From Octopus sinensis (lineage: Eukaryota), in contig NC_043006.1 of NCBI RefSeq assembly GCF_006345805.1, positions 70,246,001 through 70,310,000 of the forward strand: a stretch of DNA of 64,000 nt, given 5' to 3'. The translations under genes and the position numbers were made by a program. Shown piece by piece: positions 1 through 12,870 of the stretch (the stretch's first letter is position 1; the number at the start of each line of letters is the position of its first letter). The notes under the pieces are model-generated. The model saw nothing but the letters and a program-made list of their open reading frames with translations, was not told the DNA's origin and made no database searches.

Positions 1-1639
1 TTTATAGCGTGCTTTCACTTCATTACCGAGCGCAGCTCTGTGTGCCTTGGGTATGTGCTGTGATTTGTTGTGATGCTCTGTTGGTTATTGTATGGAAAGT
101 GTTCTGCGTAGGATGTGTGCAGTGCCCAGTAGTGCAATTTTCTGTATGTTATATGTGTTTGTAAGTCCTGGTGTTTTTGTTATGTATTTGTCCTATTATG
201 ATAGGAATTGTTTCTGTTTTTAGATTCCACATTCTGGTTACCTCTTTTTAGATTCCCCATTCTGGTTACCTCTATTTCCAGGTCTTTGTATTTTGAAAGT
301 TTCTCCATTTCTTTTAGAGACACGTTGTCATCCGCTGGTATTGATACATCAATTAGAAAACACTTTTTTTTTTTTCATGATCTCTGACAACTATATCTGG
401 TCTGTTGGCCTTAATTTCTCTATCTGTGTGTATTGGCATATCCCAGAGTATGGTTGCTTTCTCGTTTTCTGTGACCTTTTCTGGTGTGTGCCTATACCAT
501 CTTTTTTCTGTTGTTATTCCATAATGTTGGCATAGTTTCCAGTGTATATAGGTCCCAACTCTGTCGTGTCTGTGAATATATTCCAGGACTGGGCAGCCAG
601 AGATAATATGATTTATTGTTTCTTGTCCATCTCCACATATTCTGCAGTTACTTGTTATATTTCTTTTCATTACATGTTTTTGGTAATTTCTGGTGGCGAG
701 GCTTTGGTCTTGTGCTGCAATTAAAAATCCCTCTGTCTCTGCTTTGAGTCCTGAGCTTCTCAACCATTGTTGGGATTTTTCTTTGTCTATTTCTTTTGCA
801 TTTAGTTTAGTCCGGTATTTGCCATGAAGGGGCTTTTCTTGCCATCGTTTTATCATGGTTCGTTGCTGTTCTATTTTTAGTTTGGATTTCATTTGTTTTA
901 TAGCTTTTGTTGTTTCTTCATCTTCTTCTTCTTCTTCTTCATATTTGTTAGGTGGTATGATTTCTTGTTTGTATTTGTCAGCTTCCTTAAATACTGAGAA
1001 CAGTTTATTGTTTTGCTCGTGTTTTGCCGCTATTTGTATCAGTTTTCCTTCCTTCTGAAGTAGATATTTTTGCAGTCCTATGGTGGTTATTTTATAGTAG
1101 TTTTCCAGCTGTATAAGGCCTCTGCCACCATCAATACGTTGTATATATAGCCTTTCTATGTCAGATTTTGGGTGATGCATCCTAGATCCTGTCATTATTT
1201 TTCTTGTTTTCCTATCTATTTTGGTCAGTTCATTTAGTGTCCAGTTAAGGATATTGTAGCTGTAACTTATAACTGGGACGGCTAAAGTGTTGATACCTAT
1301 TATCTTGTTTTTAGCATTGAGCTCTGTTTTCAGTATTGATCTAACTCGTCTATAATATTCTTTTTTTATTTTCTCTTTCATTTATGTGTGTTGTGTCTTA
1401 TCTAGTTCATGGATTCCTAAGTATTTGTAAGTTTGGCTTTGGTCTAATTCTTTTATTTCATTGGTTTTATCTAGTGTGATGTTGCTACTCTTAATTAATT
1501 TTCTTCTTTTCAGGGTTACTTTGGCGCATTTCTCTAATCCAAATTTCATATCTATTTCTTTGGTAAATCCATGAACTGTCTTTAGTAGTGTTTCCAGCTG
1601 TTTGTCATTTGTAGCGTATAGTTTTAGGTCATCCATATA
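1..1639 (-). mobile_element. 5'-truncated R4/Dong-clade non-LTR retrotransposon (RT C-terminus, zinc knuckle, restriction-like endonuclease, 3' UTR)
   Basis: YMDDLKLY RT motif at 1639 downward. ORFs 1382-1636 and 353-1381 are in one frame, split by a single stop. CRICGDGQETINHIISGC knuckle, RPDIVV and (frameshifted) FLIDVSIP...KE.EKLSKYKDL REL motifs are present. Confidence 0.88.
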
Positions 1640-1641
1640 TA

Positions 1642-1716
<75 letters not shown>

Positions 1717-1717
1717 T
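1642..1717. repeat. (TTA)n microsatellite abutting the LINE 5' truncation
   Basis: Pure tta repeat read directly. Confidence 0.97.
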
Positions 1718-1895
1718 TGAAGGCAGCGAGCTGACAGAATCGTCAGCACGTTGGGCGAAATGCTTTGCGGTATTTCGTCCGTCGCTACCTTCTGAGTTCA
1801 ACTACCGCTGAGGTCAACTTTGCCTTTCATCCTTTCGGGATCGATAAATTCAGTGCCAGTGAAACACTGGGGTCGATGTAATCGACTCATCCCCT
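1718..1895 (+). mobile_element. tRNA-derived SINE family A (AAGGCGGCGAGCTGGCAGAA head); further copies near 2235-2530, 3951-4180(-), 14150-15055(-), 24535-24767(-), 29641-29868(-), 37222-37435(+)
   Basis: A-box/B-box-like head (GAGTTCAAATTCC) and many dispersed near-identical copies in the window. Confidence 0.85.
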
Positions 1896-1984
1896 CAAAA
1901 TTTTAAACATTATTATTTTATGAAAACCCACAGCTTATTTTGTTGGTTTGATGGAAAGTGTCAGCTGTCTACAGCCAGCAGTCT

Positions 1985-2217
1985 AAGGTGGGACTCGCTT
2001 TACTGATCATGCCTCAAGAACCCTTCGAAGTGTTCTTTCAGTTTCAAATAATGCTGGTTTTTGTAGGTGTTTTACCTTCATATTTACGCCTATCTTTTTC
2101 AGCCATACTGGTTGTTGGGTGCTGATACTTCTAAGTGCACCAATTACTACTGGTATCACGTCTAACTCTCTTCATTGACCACATACTTCGTATTTCCCAC
2201 TTTAAATCATCGTAGCT
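1985..2217 (-). mobile_element. Degenerate C-terminal REL-endonuclease fragment of a second R4-type LINE
   Basis: Manual translation gives YDDLKWEI...VIPVVIGAL...QKPAL...LRRVL. Confidence 0.6.
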
Positions 2218-3021
2218 TATTATCATAATAATTATTAATAATAAGGTGAGCTGGCAGAATTGTTTGCAGGTCGGGAAAATTGCTTACCAGCATTTCGTCC
2301 GCCTTTATGTTTTGAAATCAAATTCCGCCGAGATCGATAAATTAAGTACCAGTAAAACACCGGGATCGATATAATTGCCGTAATCCTCTCCCCCAATCTG
2401 CCCTTGTGGCAAAATTTGAAATCATTATTATTAGTAAGGCGAGCTGGCAGAATCGTTAGCACGCTGGGCAAATTGCTTAGCAACATTTCGTCTGTCTTCA
2501 CGCTCTGAGTTCAAATTCCGCCGACAAGTTCAAATTTCGCCCAGACTATCAGATGTTGTTATACGTCGCTGATCACAATGCGCTTCGCATCGTTTTAGCT
2601 TTCTAATGCTGACACCCCGTTTGCAAGGCGGGCAGGACAACATTTCCTCTGATCCGAAGGCTATTCTTTCGCAGGGTTTCCCATTGACAAGTTAAGTGGC
2701 CTGCAGCAACGTGGAATGAAGTGTTTTGCTCAAGAACACAATGCTCTGCCCAGTCCGGGCATCGAGCCCACAACCTAGCGATCGTGAGTGCAACACCCTT
2801 ACTACTAGGCCACGCGCCTACACAAATCAGATAGATATTATCAATAATAATAAAGAGTAAAATTGATTAATCAATTAATAATTAATAATTTTACCAAGTA
2901 GTTCGGTATCTTATGGCAGTGGAATAGTATTTAACTGCTATTTTCTAAATTTCAGTATGTGGTGAAGCAATTTTGCTGAACCTTTATTATAATTATGCTT
3001 ATAATTATAGAATTTTCATAT

Positions 3022-3022
3022 C

Positions 3023-3063
<41 letters not shown>

Positions 3064-3129
3064 CATACATACATACATACATACATACATACATACATAC
3101 ATACATACATACATACATACATACATACA
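3022..3129. repeat. Compound (GATA)n(CATA)n microsatellite; similar arrays at 3803-3950, 39460-40148 and 52905-53233
   Basis: Read directly. Confidence 0.95.
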
Positions 3130-3831
3130 TGATGGCTGCCCCCTCGTTATCGAGTATGGCCATTGCACGAAGCTTAACTGTTATTGGTGCTGTGATCGAA
3201 TGTGACTTTTATTTGCTTCTTAAGGCTACAATCAGCCATTCAGTTGAGACTCACAGCACCATCAACAATCATGAACAATGTTGTTATCGTGCAATGCCTG
3301 TGCAAGAAGATTTTTTTAAAGTGAGGAAAGGCTGTGCACTGAGTCAATCCCACTCACTAAGCAACAGTAGCCATAATCCGAAAAGAAGAACAAGTCAACA
3401 TCACCGGTAACCTCTGAGCCGCAGGTTTTATGTCGGAGTTATCCCAGTTACCTGAGTTACCTTCTCCTAGAAGGATGCCCTAACAAAGGCTAGGAGTCCT
3501 TCACTCCTAATGGTTTAACCGCGCGATCGGTTATTCAGTCCGATTATTTCTATGTCCCCGCGCATGATACAGCCTTAAGCCTTAAGAGAAAGAAAAATAC
3601 ACATTTATCGGATGGCCGTTGACTCAAAAGAGTTCCTCCGCCCTTTGACGAGTTTTGTTTTTCATCCCGCAGGATGTCCAATAATCATCCTCCTCACCAA
3701 GCAAGCTTGGTGGGGTTGCCGGTTTAGTCGCCGACGGCCCGACCACGCAACAGATTGTACTGGGTTACATGTTACCAGTAGCACTCGAAAGTGACCTGAC
3801 ATAACATACATACATACATACATACATACAT

Positions 3832-3950
<119 letters not shown>

Positions 3951-5028
3951 TTTCTTTACTGCCCACAATGAGCTAGACACAGAGGGGACAAACAAGGACA
4001 GACAAAGAGATTAAGTCGATTACATCGACCCCAGCGCGTAACTGGTTCTTAATTTATCGACCCCAAAAGGATGAAAGGTAAAGTCGACCTCGGCGTGATT
4101 TGAACTCAGAACGTAACGGCAGACGAAATACCGCTAAGCATTTCGCCCGGTGTGCTAACGTTTCTGCCAGCTCACCGCCTTTCAGTACAGTACTGTTTCT
4201 ACTTCACGGATTTTTACCTATCGCGGGAAGTTTTAGAACGTTACACCCGCGATAGTCGAGGGATTACTGCATACACATTAGCTTAAAAGCTGCACTCCGT
4301 GAGGACTTTAAGCTAACCGCTGCGCAGGGCTAATTGGGCCGGCAGCCCAAAGTTGAAGAGAGTTAAATATCATGACTATATGCCCCAGTGGTGTTTGATC
4401 AGGGGTTAAGGACGGATAAGAATTAGTTCTGTAATGCAATCATTCTATTCTTCCAATCCCAAGTTGAATTCCAACTGTTGGCCAATTTGTCCCAAAGTTC
4501 TTATCTCGACGTAAAATTAGCGACTGTCACTTATCTCCCCCTTGATCTCTGACGTCTGCAACCCAAATGCTAGATATTCAAGAACCAAATGAAGGGTAGA
4601 TTTGCAATTCCGGGATCATCCTGATTCCAAAAGGATATAAGATGCCTATGTGGAGCAAATATAGACTGAGATACAGGGGTCCCAGACGGTCAGACAGAAT
4701 TTCGTTTTTATTATACACACACACATGCGCGCGCGCGCGCACGCACACACATTATCCTTTCTTATAATAGATTTAATAGCTTCAGTCATTGGATTGTGGA
4801 ATGTACATTATTGTCGCTACTATGTAAAAGGCACATTTCTAATAGGTGTTAGATGCTCTTCTAAACCCACGAGGTGCATTTCTATGGGTACATTCCTATC
4901 GGTACCATATACCAAGGACTAGATGTAGATAGTGTGTTTCCTGAGATAATAGATATCAACCTTGTTGTTATTATTAATGGCACCGTGTAGGTATCACTAC
5001 AACAGGATTTATTCTGTCTGTATTTCAG

Positions 5029-5153
5029 ATATATATCAAAATATCGCCCTCAGGTGAAGGTTGAAAAGAAACGAACCCAAGAAATTGCCAAAACTATGGG
5101 CCCAGCCAAAGTGGAAATTCCAGACACGAAGAATTTTCTGAGGAAAAATTCAA
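5029..5153 (+). CDS. ENKUR: Enkurin, internal coding exon (RYISKYRPQVKVEKKRTQEIAKTMGPAKVEIPDTKNFLRKNS)
   Basis: tttcag acceptor and GTGAGT donor, phase 2 to 1. KTMGPAKVE is a recognisable enkurin motif. Confidence 0.88.
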
Positions 5154-6207
5154 GTGAGTGTCTCATTGTAAACTGTTATTCATGAGCTTCTTTATATCTC
5201 TATTTCTGTATGAGTGTTCCTTTAACTGCGTTGAGTATGTGTATATACGAATATATATATACACACACACACATACATGAGATAATTTATGTCTCCTTTT
5301 ATGGAGACAAAAGGGTTTATAAGACTGCCAAGATAAAGTGCTCAAATGTAATTGAGACTGAAATAAAAAAACAAAAAAGAAATATTGATCAGAGAACAAA
5401 ACATCAAATTCGAGTCAACGACTTTATACATAACACCACGCCTCCAAACATTTGATCATATATAAATATCATCATGGCCTTTCAACTTATAAAGAATACA
5501 TATATAAAAAAACACAGGAGTTAAAAATATATATATGCACAAAAAAAAGATACAGATATATAGAACGGCCTATCAAGAAGAAATGTGACTGTGTGATAAG
5601 TAGCTTGCTTACCAACCACATGGTTCCGGGTTCAGTCCCACTGCGTAGCACCTTGGGCAAGTGTCTTCTACTATAGCCTTGGGCCGACCAAAGCCTTGTG
5701 AGCGGTTTTGTTAGGCGGAAACTGAAAGAAGCCCGTCGTATATATGTATATGTGTGTGTATACGTTTGTGTGTCTGTGTTTGTCCCCCAACATCGCTTGA
5801 CAATCGATGCTAGTGTGTTTACGTCCCCGTCACTTAGTGGTTCGGCAAAAGAGACCTATAGAATAAGTACTAGGCTTACAAAGAATAAGTCGTGGGGTCG
5901 ATTTACTCGTCGTATATGTGTTTGTATGTATGTGTGTGTGTGTAAAAACACTAATGCTAACTAGTATAACCATTAAAAGTGAAGTAACATTTCTTCCCGA
6001 GTCATGTGGACTCAGAGAGCCGGGTTTCCGGGTTTCCCAGTTTCCATGTATTCTTTTTTATCTCTTTACTTGTTTCAGTCATTTGACTGTGGCCATGCTG
6101 GAACTTTTTAGTCGAGCAAATCGACCCCAGGACTTATTCTTTGTAAGCCTATTACTATTCTATCGGTCTCTTCATACACACACACACCACACACACACAC
6201 ACACACA

Positions 6208-6246
<39 letters not shown>

Positions 6247-6863
6247 GATATAATATATATACATATATACGACAGGTTCTTTCAGTTTCCGCCTACCAAA
6301 TCCACTCACAAGGCTTTGGTCGGCCTGAAGCTATAGTAGAAGACACTTGCCCAAGGTGCCACACGGTGCGATTGAACCCGGAACATGTGGTTGGTAAGCA
6401 AGCTACTTACCACACAGGCCCCCCTGCGCCCTCCACACAGCCGCTCCTGCGCTCGTCACACAGCCACTCCTGCGCCCTCTACACACCGCTCCTGTCATCG
6501 TTGCCGGTATCCTCTCATCATCATCATCATCATTAACATCAACATCAACATCACCACCACCGTCAACATTGTCGTCGTCGTCGTCGTCATTGTCAGCATC
6601 ACCATCACCACCACCACCACCACCGCTGTCACCATTAGCATCGTCATAGTCATCGTCGTCATAGTCGTCGTCGCCGACGCCGTCCTCCTCGTCGTCACCA
6701 CCACCACCACCATAACCGCCGTCATTGATCACCATCTCCACCATCACCCTCATCCTCACCATTAACGCTAAGACGCAAACACTTAACATTGTATTTTTTT
6801 TTATCCTTTCTTCTCTCATTTTCTCTTTGTTTCTTTGTTGTTGTTGCCGTTGATGTTGTCCAG

Positions 6864-7129
6864 AAAAAGCTGTCAATGTGAAGCCGGCGGCGGCAGAGAA
6901 GTCATCGCAGGACAGGACGACGTGTACGACCAAGAAGCCCAGCTTGCCTAGCAAAGACAATGTGCCCATGTGTGGAATGAAGACTACAAAGAACTTCATC
7001 ACAGAGAATGCCATTGAAATAATCACATCGCTGCCCAAGAAAGTCACCCAGAAGTACTGCGACACTCGAAATGGGGATAAACACCTCTTGCTGCCATCCG
7101 GTATCAAACCCCTTTTTATTCAGAAGAAG
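6864..7129 (+). CDS. ENKUR: Enkurin, internal coding exon (...KKPSLP...KNFITENA...DTRNGDKHLLLPSGIKPLFIQKK)
   Basis: ccag acceptor and GTAAGG donor, phase 1 to 0, compatible with both neighbours. KNFI..NA and GDKH.L.PSG are enkurin motifs. Confidence 0.9.
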
Positions 7130-8268
7130 GTAAGGATGAAATGAAAGGGTGTTTTTTGTTGCTGTTGTCTGTTCTTCTTTTCTTCTTCTCTTCTTTCTTT
7201 TCGTTCTTCTTCTTTTCTTCTTCTTATTCTCTTCTTTCTTCTTTCTTCTTCTTCTTCTTCTTCTTCTTCTTCTTTTTTCTTTTCTTCTTCTTCTTCTTCT
7301 TCTTCTTCTTCTCTTCTTTTCTTCTTCTTCTCTTCTTCTTCTCTTCTTCTTCTTCTTCCAATTGGACTCATGCCATTAGCCACGAAGAATAATCTCTAAT
7401 TCGAGCCTACTCTAAGCTACTAAGAATACGTGTGGCAACTTGAAGATCCACCCACCACGTGATAGACTGGCGGTTGCACGGGCGCGAAAGCTACGTTGTT
7501 ATCCTCATTCCGTAAACGGTGGCTTTTAACGGGTGGAGAGCTGAACCATCCTGGAGTACAGAGGATTCGCAATCTAGACTAGGGTCTGAAGGTTTACCAC
7601 ACAATAGTTCTTCTGCTTTCTGGCAGAAGTAGGAAGAAAGAGTGAGAGAAAGTTGTGGTGAAAGAGTACAGCGAGGTTCACCACCACCCCGCACCGGAGC
7701 CTCGTGGAGCTTAGGTGTTTTTGCTCTGTCATTTGACCGCGGACATGCTGGAGCACTGCCCTAGTACTTATTCTATCGGTCTCTTTTGCCGAACCGCTAA
7801 GTTACGGGGACGTAACCACACCAGTGAGTGAGTCCGGAAGTGAACACTATTAAATTTACAATTAATATAGGATAAAATTTTTCGAAAAAGATGTTTCGAA
7901 TCGCACGTGTCTCGAATGGGCTGGAGAATTTCTATTTTGGATATATTTGGGGTACTTAATTGTGCTCATGACTTAGTGTTTGCTTCTTCCATGGGTATAA
8001 GTAAGTATTTCATTTATTTCTTTGCCGCATTTATCACTGACGAAGGGAAGGTTCTTATGAACTAACTCTGAAATCGGGTCCGATATGGTAATAACGGATT
8101 TTTTTAGAAATTTCTGTCGACCTTTTTCGAGTAACGTGCTTATTGTGACAAAGTATATGGTTATGGACAATGTGTCTAGTTTCGGCATATTTGGCATTAG
8201 AAATTTTTTCTTTTGCCCTTGTTTATAAGTTATATATATATATAAAATATATATATATATATATATGT

Positions 8269-8314
<46 letters not shown>

Positions 8315-9274
8315 TATCTATGGATGAAAAGGAACACACGAGTTGATATATATGAAAAAATAAGTCAAAATAGAAAATGCTAAAATAATTTTATAAAGAA
8401 CATTTCAGTACCGGTTTCAGTCATTTTGAGACCTTTTCAACTGTAACGATTTAATAATTAAATTTAGAAAAATTAAAAGAAATGATTTTTAAAGGAATAT
8501 TTGTATAGTGTTCAAATGTAAGTGGCATTTTCCTTGTTTCTGCCTTGCTCTGTCTCTCTTGTTCACACTTGTGGGTTCGAGGTCGTTGTGAATTCAGTTT
8601 CCGTCTACCAAATCCACTTACAAGGCTTTGGTCGGCCCGAGGCTATAGTAGAAGATAGTTGCCCAAGGTGTCACACAGTGGAGCTGAACCCGGAACTATG
8701 TGGCTGGTAAGCAAGCTACTTACCACACAGCCACTCCTTTTTTTCTGAGGGCGGGGTTGTTTTTCTGAAGGGGGGATCCAGGATTATATTTTCCATTGTG
8801 TCCTTCCCTTCGTTTAAGAAAGCAGAGTGACATTATCCGGGGTGTTTGATTGTTGTTCCTTTACTGGCACTCGGTCTGTTAGGACGACAACGAGGGTTCC
8901 AGTTGATCCTATCAGCGAAACAGTCTGCTCATGAGATCAACACGAAAGTGGTCGGGTACTCCACAGACATGCGTGTCCTTAAATTAGTTCTCAGAGCGAC
9001 ACAGAATGGCACAGAATGTGACAAGGCTGGCCCTTTCTGGAATACGGGTACGACTCATTTTTATCAGCTGAGTTGACTGGAGCAACGTGACATGAAGTAT
9101 CTTGCTCAAGGAGATAACGCGTCGCCTGGAATCGAACTCACATTGTTACGATCGTGAGCCGAATTCCTTAACCACTAAGCCACAGGCCACTCACTTTCTT
9201 GTAGGTTAAGCGGCAAGCTTAATCTGTGAGTGCTAGGACAGGATCGACTGAGGTACTTGACGCCTGTGTGTGTG

Positions 9275-9305
<31 letters not shown>

Positions 9306-9684
9306 TGCCTCCGTATGTATGAGTATGAACGTGTGTGCGTCTGTCTGTGTCTGTGTGCGTGTCTGTGTGTGTGTGTGCGTGTGCGCGTGTGTGAATGCTA
9401 GGACAGGACCAACTGAGATACTTGATCTCTGCGTATGTTTGTGTGTGCGTGTGTGTGTCTGTGTGTGTGTATGTGCATGTGTCTGTGTATGTGTGTGTGC
9501 GCATGAGTATGAGTGTGTGTGTCTGCCCTTGCGTGTATGCGTGTGCTGTCTTTGTGTGTGCGTGTATATGTGTGTGCTGTCTTTGTGTATGTGTATGTAT
9601 GTGTGTATGTGTATGTGTGTATGTGTGTGTATGTATGTGTGTATGTGTGTGTATGTGTATGTGTGTGTGCGTATGTGTGTGTGT

Positions 9685-9960
9685 GAAGCCATGTGGATCA
9701 GTGGCCATGGTATTCAGCTCAAGATTGTAAGGCCGTGAGTTCGATTCCTGGCATCGCGTTCAGTTCTTGAGTTAATCATTTTACTTCACGTTGCTCCAGT
9801 GAACTCAGCTGGCAAAAATGAGTTCTAGCTTTATTTCAAAAAAGGGCTAACCTTGTCACATTCTGTGTCACGCCGAATCTCTCTGAGAACTACGTGATGG
9901 CTAAGCGTGTCTGTGGAGTACTCGGCCATTTGCGCATTAACTTCACGAGCAGGCTGTCGT
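9685..9960 (+). mobile_element. tRNA-derived SINE family C; other copies 8855-9185(-), 54305-54670(-), 59128-59440(-), 62955-63200(+)
   Basis: TGGCT.AGTGGTTAG...GTTCGATTCC head followed by a shared TTGAGCAA.ACACTT...TGCTCCAGT body in several copies. Confidence 0.75.
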
Positions 9961-10276
9961 CCAACCGAACAGAGTGCTAGTATGTTTTTTTTTTAATTAT
10001 GGAAGGAGGAATCAGTTTTACAAGACGAAAGAAGAGATTAGGTTAGAAAAAGGACAGCACACCATTTACTCTTTTACTTGTTTCAGTCATTTGACTGTGG
10101 CCATGCTGGAGCACCACCTTTAGTCGAGTAAATCGATCCCACGACTTATTCTTTGTAAGCCTAGTACTTATTCTGTCGGTTTCTTTTGCCGAACCGCTAA
10201 GTCACGGGGAAGTTAACACACCAGCATCAGTTGTCAAGCGATGTTGGGGGGGGGGGACAAACACAGACACACAAAC

Positions 10277-10307
<31 letters not shown>

Positions 10308-10569
10308 TAAACGACGAGCTTCTTTCAGTTTCCGTCTACCAAATCCACTCACAAGGCTTTGGTCGACCCGAGGCTATAGTAGAAGGCACTTGCCCAAGGT
10401 GCTACGCAGTGGGGCTGAACCCGGAACCATGTGGTTCGAAAGCAAGCTACTTACCACACAGCCACTCCTACGCCTATTTGAAGATTTTGGCGGGGGTGGG
10501 GGGTCTTACATGAGATAGTTCGTCGGTTGCCTATCCTAATATTTCTTTCTGTTTCATATCTGTTGGCAG

Positions 10570-10908
10570 GATTACGGCCAGATTCCAGCTTACCTGAAGA
10601 AACGACGGGAGGACGTGAAGATGCTACACGGGCGGTACGAAGCAGCTGTGAAGAAGCAGATCGAAGACAACACTATGAAACAGCTGAGCGAAGAAGAGCG
10701 AGAGGAGTTACTGAGTGGCTTGAAGAAGAATTGGGAAGCTGTGCACCACGACTTCCAGGGCCTCTCGGTTGTCATAGATACCATCCGAAAGAAGCACTTA
10801 AAAGAAAAACTGGAGATGTTGATGAAACAGCTTGAGCAAGATATAGCTTTGATTGAGAAACACAAGAGGATATATTTGGGAAACGATCCTGACGGCTGTC
10901 AATACTGA
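10570..10908 (+). CDS. ENKUR: Enkurin, terminal coding exon (DYGQIPAYL...LSEEEREELLSGLKKNWE...LEQDIALIEKHKRIYL)
   Basis: ggcag acceptor, phase 0, open to TGA at 10906-10908. Matches the enkurin C-terminal domain. Confidence 0.92.
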   Translation, partial: DYGQIPAYLKKRREDVKMLHGRYEAAVKKQIEDNTMKQLSEEEREELLSGLKKNWEAVHHDFQGLSVVIDTIRKKHLKEKLEMLMKQLEQDIALIEKHKRIYLGNDPDGCQY

Positions 10909-10938
10909 AAGATAAACATATCTGATTTTCTTCTGTGA

Positions 10939-10944
10939 AATAAA
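10939..10944 (+). promoter_or_regulatory. Candidate polyadenylation signal AATAAA of ENKUR
   Basis: AATAAA about 30 nt after the stop codon. Confidence 0.55.
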
Positions 10945-11262
10945 GTAGATGGAAATTAGAGAAAATGAGAGGTGTGTTTATATACGTCTGTATATATATA
11001 TATATAGGCACATGACTGGGTAGGCGCAGGAGTGGCTGTGTGGTAAGTAGCTTGCTTCCCAACCACATGGTTCCATAGCATGATTCCATAGCGTAGCATC
11101 TTGGTCCAGTGTCTTCTACTATACCCTAGGGCCGACCAAATCCTTGTGATTAGATTCGGTAGACGGAAACTGAAAGAAGCCCGTCTTATATATATATATA
11201 TATATAATAGAAATATTAAAATTACTAAGTCTCTCTAAAGGAGATTACGGCAGCGTTACTGG

Positions 11263-11414
11263 ATATTAATAGTTATCGCCATACTAATATGGCAGTCTAT
11301 AAATATAAGACTAAAGCTGTCGCTGGTTAGCTCCAAGTGATTAGCTCCAAGAGGCTACCGCTTTAGTCTTATATTTATAGACTGCCATATTAGTATGGCG
11401 ATAACTATTAATAT
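11263..11414. mobile_element. MITE-like foldback: perfect 55-bp inverted repeats (11263-11317 / 11360-11414) around a 42-bp spacer
   Basis: Arms are exact reverse complements by eye; the element sits in (AT)n. Confidence 0.7.
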
Positions 11415-11483
11415 ATATATATATATTATATATAATCTATATATATATTATAATAGATATATAGATATATATATATATATACA

Positions 11484-11519
<36 letters not shown>

Positions 11520-12356
11520 TGTATGTATGTATGTATGTATACGACGGGCTTCTTTCAGTTTCCGTCTACCAGATCCACTCACAAGGTTTTAATCGGCCCG
11601 AGTCTATAGCAGAAGACACTTACCCAAGGTGCCACGTAGTGGGACTGAACCCGGAACCATGTGGTTGGTAAGCAAGCTACTTAACACACAGCCACTCTTG
11701 CATATATATATGCATTTCATTGACGCTCTCACTGCTAGTTACTCCAGCCCATTTGCCCTACTCTGTCAGCCTATCAATAATTCCCCGGTATTTTATGCGC
11801 ATTCATATTCTACATTGGACATCTGTAAGTTTACACAACAAAAGTGTTCCCTCAATCTTTTCTTCCTGCCCAATATGGCCACTTGTCAAATGCCGCCATA
11901 ACTTTGTATTCTCCGTCGACATCCTTGACTTGTATTTTTACTACGCTTATTCCAGTGACTCAAAAGATCTTGTTATTTACCCAAAAGAAAGTGTGTCTAT
12001 GTTCCTTGTCTGTGAAACATCTGACTGAGACCCTCTCCCTCCATTTTACTTCTTGTACACGTTTCGATCGTAGAGATAACTGATGTGTGCTGTGACCTTG
12101 TATTTTATCACGTGACCTTTGATGATGGAAGCATTGAAGGGAAGTACTTGCTGTCCTGGACCTGTTAGATGGGTTACATAAGGTCCATCTACGGCAAACT
12201 GACAAAATCGTTAGCGCGTCTGTAAAATATAGAGTGGCATTACTTACGGTTCTTTATGTACCGAGTTCAAATTCCGCCACGATCGACTTTACCTTTCATC
12301 CTTTGGAGACCGATAAAATAAGTACCAGTTCTATATTTAAGGATGAGGAATTATGT

Positions 12357-12498
12357 ACATTATTTACATTTGACGGATATTTGTCCTCATCTTGTTTGTT
12401 AACACAACGTTTTGGCTGATATACCTTCTAGCCTTCATCGGGTGTCTTGGAGAAATTTCGAACCTGGGTTCTCATTCCTAAGGTATTTTTCGATGTTG

Positions 12499-12576
<78 letters not shown>

Positions 12577-12733
12577 TCATTGCCTGGAATCGAACTCGGA
12601 ATCTTGGGGTTAGTAGCCCTCGCTCTTAACTATTACGCCATATGCCTGATGAAGGCTGGAGAGTATATCAACCGAAACGTTGTGTTAACAACAAACAAGA
12701 TGAGGACAAATATCCGTCAAATGTAAATAATGA
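12357..12733 (-). mobile_element. tRNA-headed, (TAA)n-containing non-autonomous element with inverted PLE-type termini carrying hammerhead-like motifs
   Basis: tRNA-like head 12571-12642(-) with A/B boxes. About 90-bp inverted termini 12357-12442 / 12645-12733. Second copy at 38860-39273. Confidence 0.7.
12642..12686 (+). ncRNA. Minimal type-I hammerhead ribozyme-like motif
   Basis: AUGC-CUGAUGA-A-GGCUG(loop)CAACC-GAAA-CG-UU-GUGU. Core intact, one stem II mismatch, wobble-rich stem I. Confidence 0.6.
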
Positions 12734-12870
12734 AAATAAGTACCAGTTGAGTACTGGGGTCGATGTAATTGAATTCCCCCACCCCTGAAAATTGCTTGCC
12801 CTGTGTCAAAATTAGGAAGGATATTTTACAGCTCAAGGCTCTTCCTCTCATTAACTACAGCTTGGGTTAG

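Noticed and set aside
6403-7107. 234-aa - strand ORF
   Set aside because: Antisense shadow of the ENKUR exon plus trinucleotide repeats.
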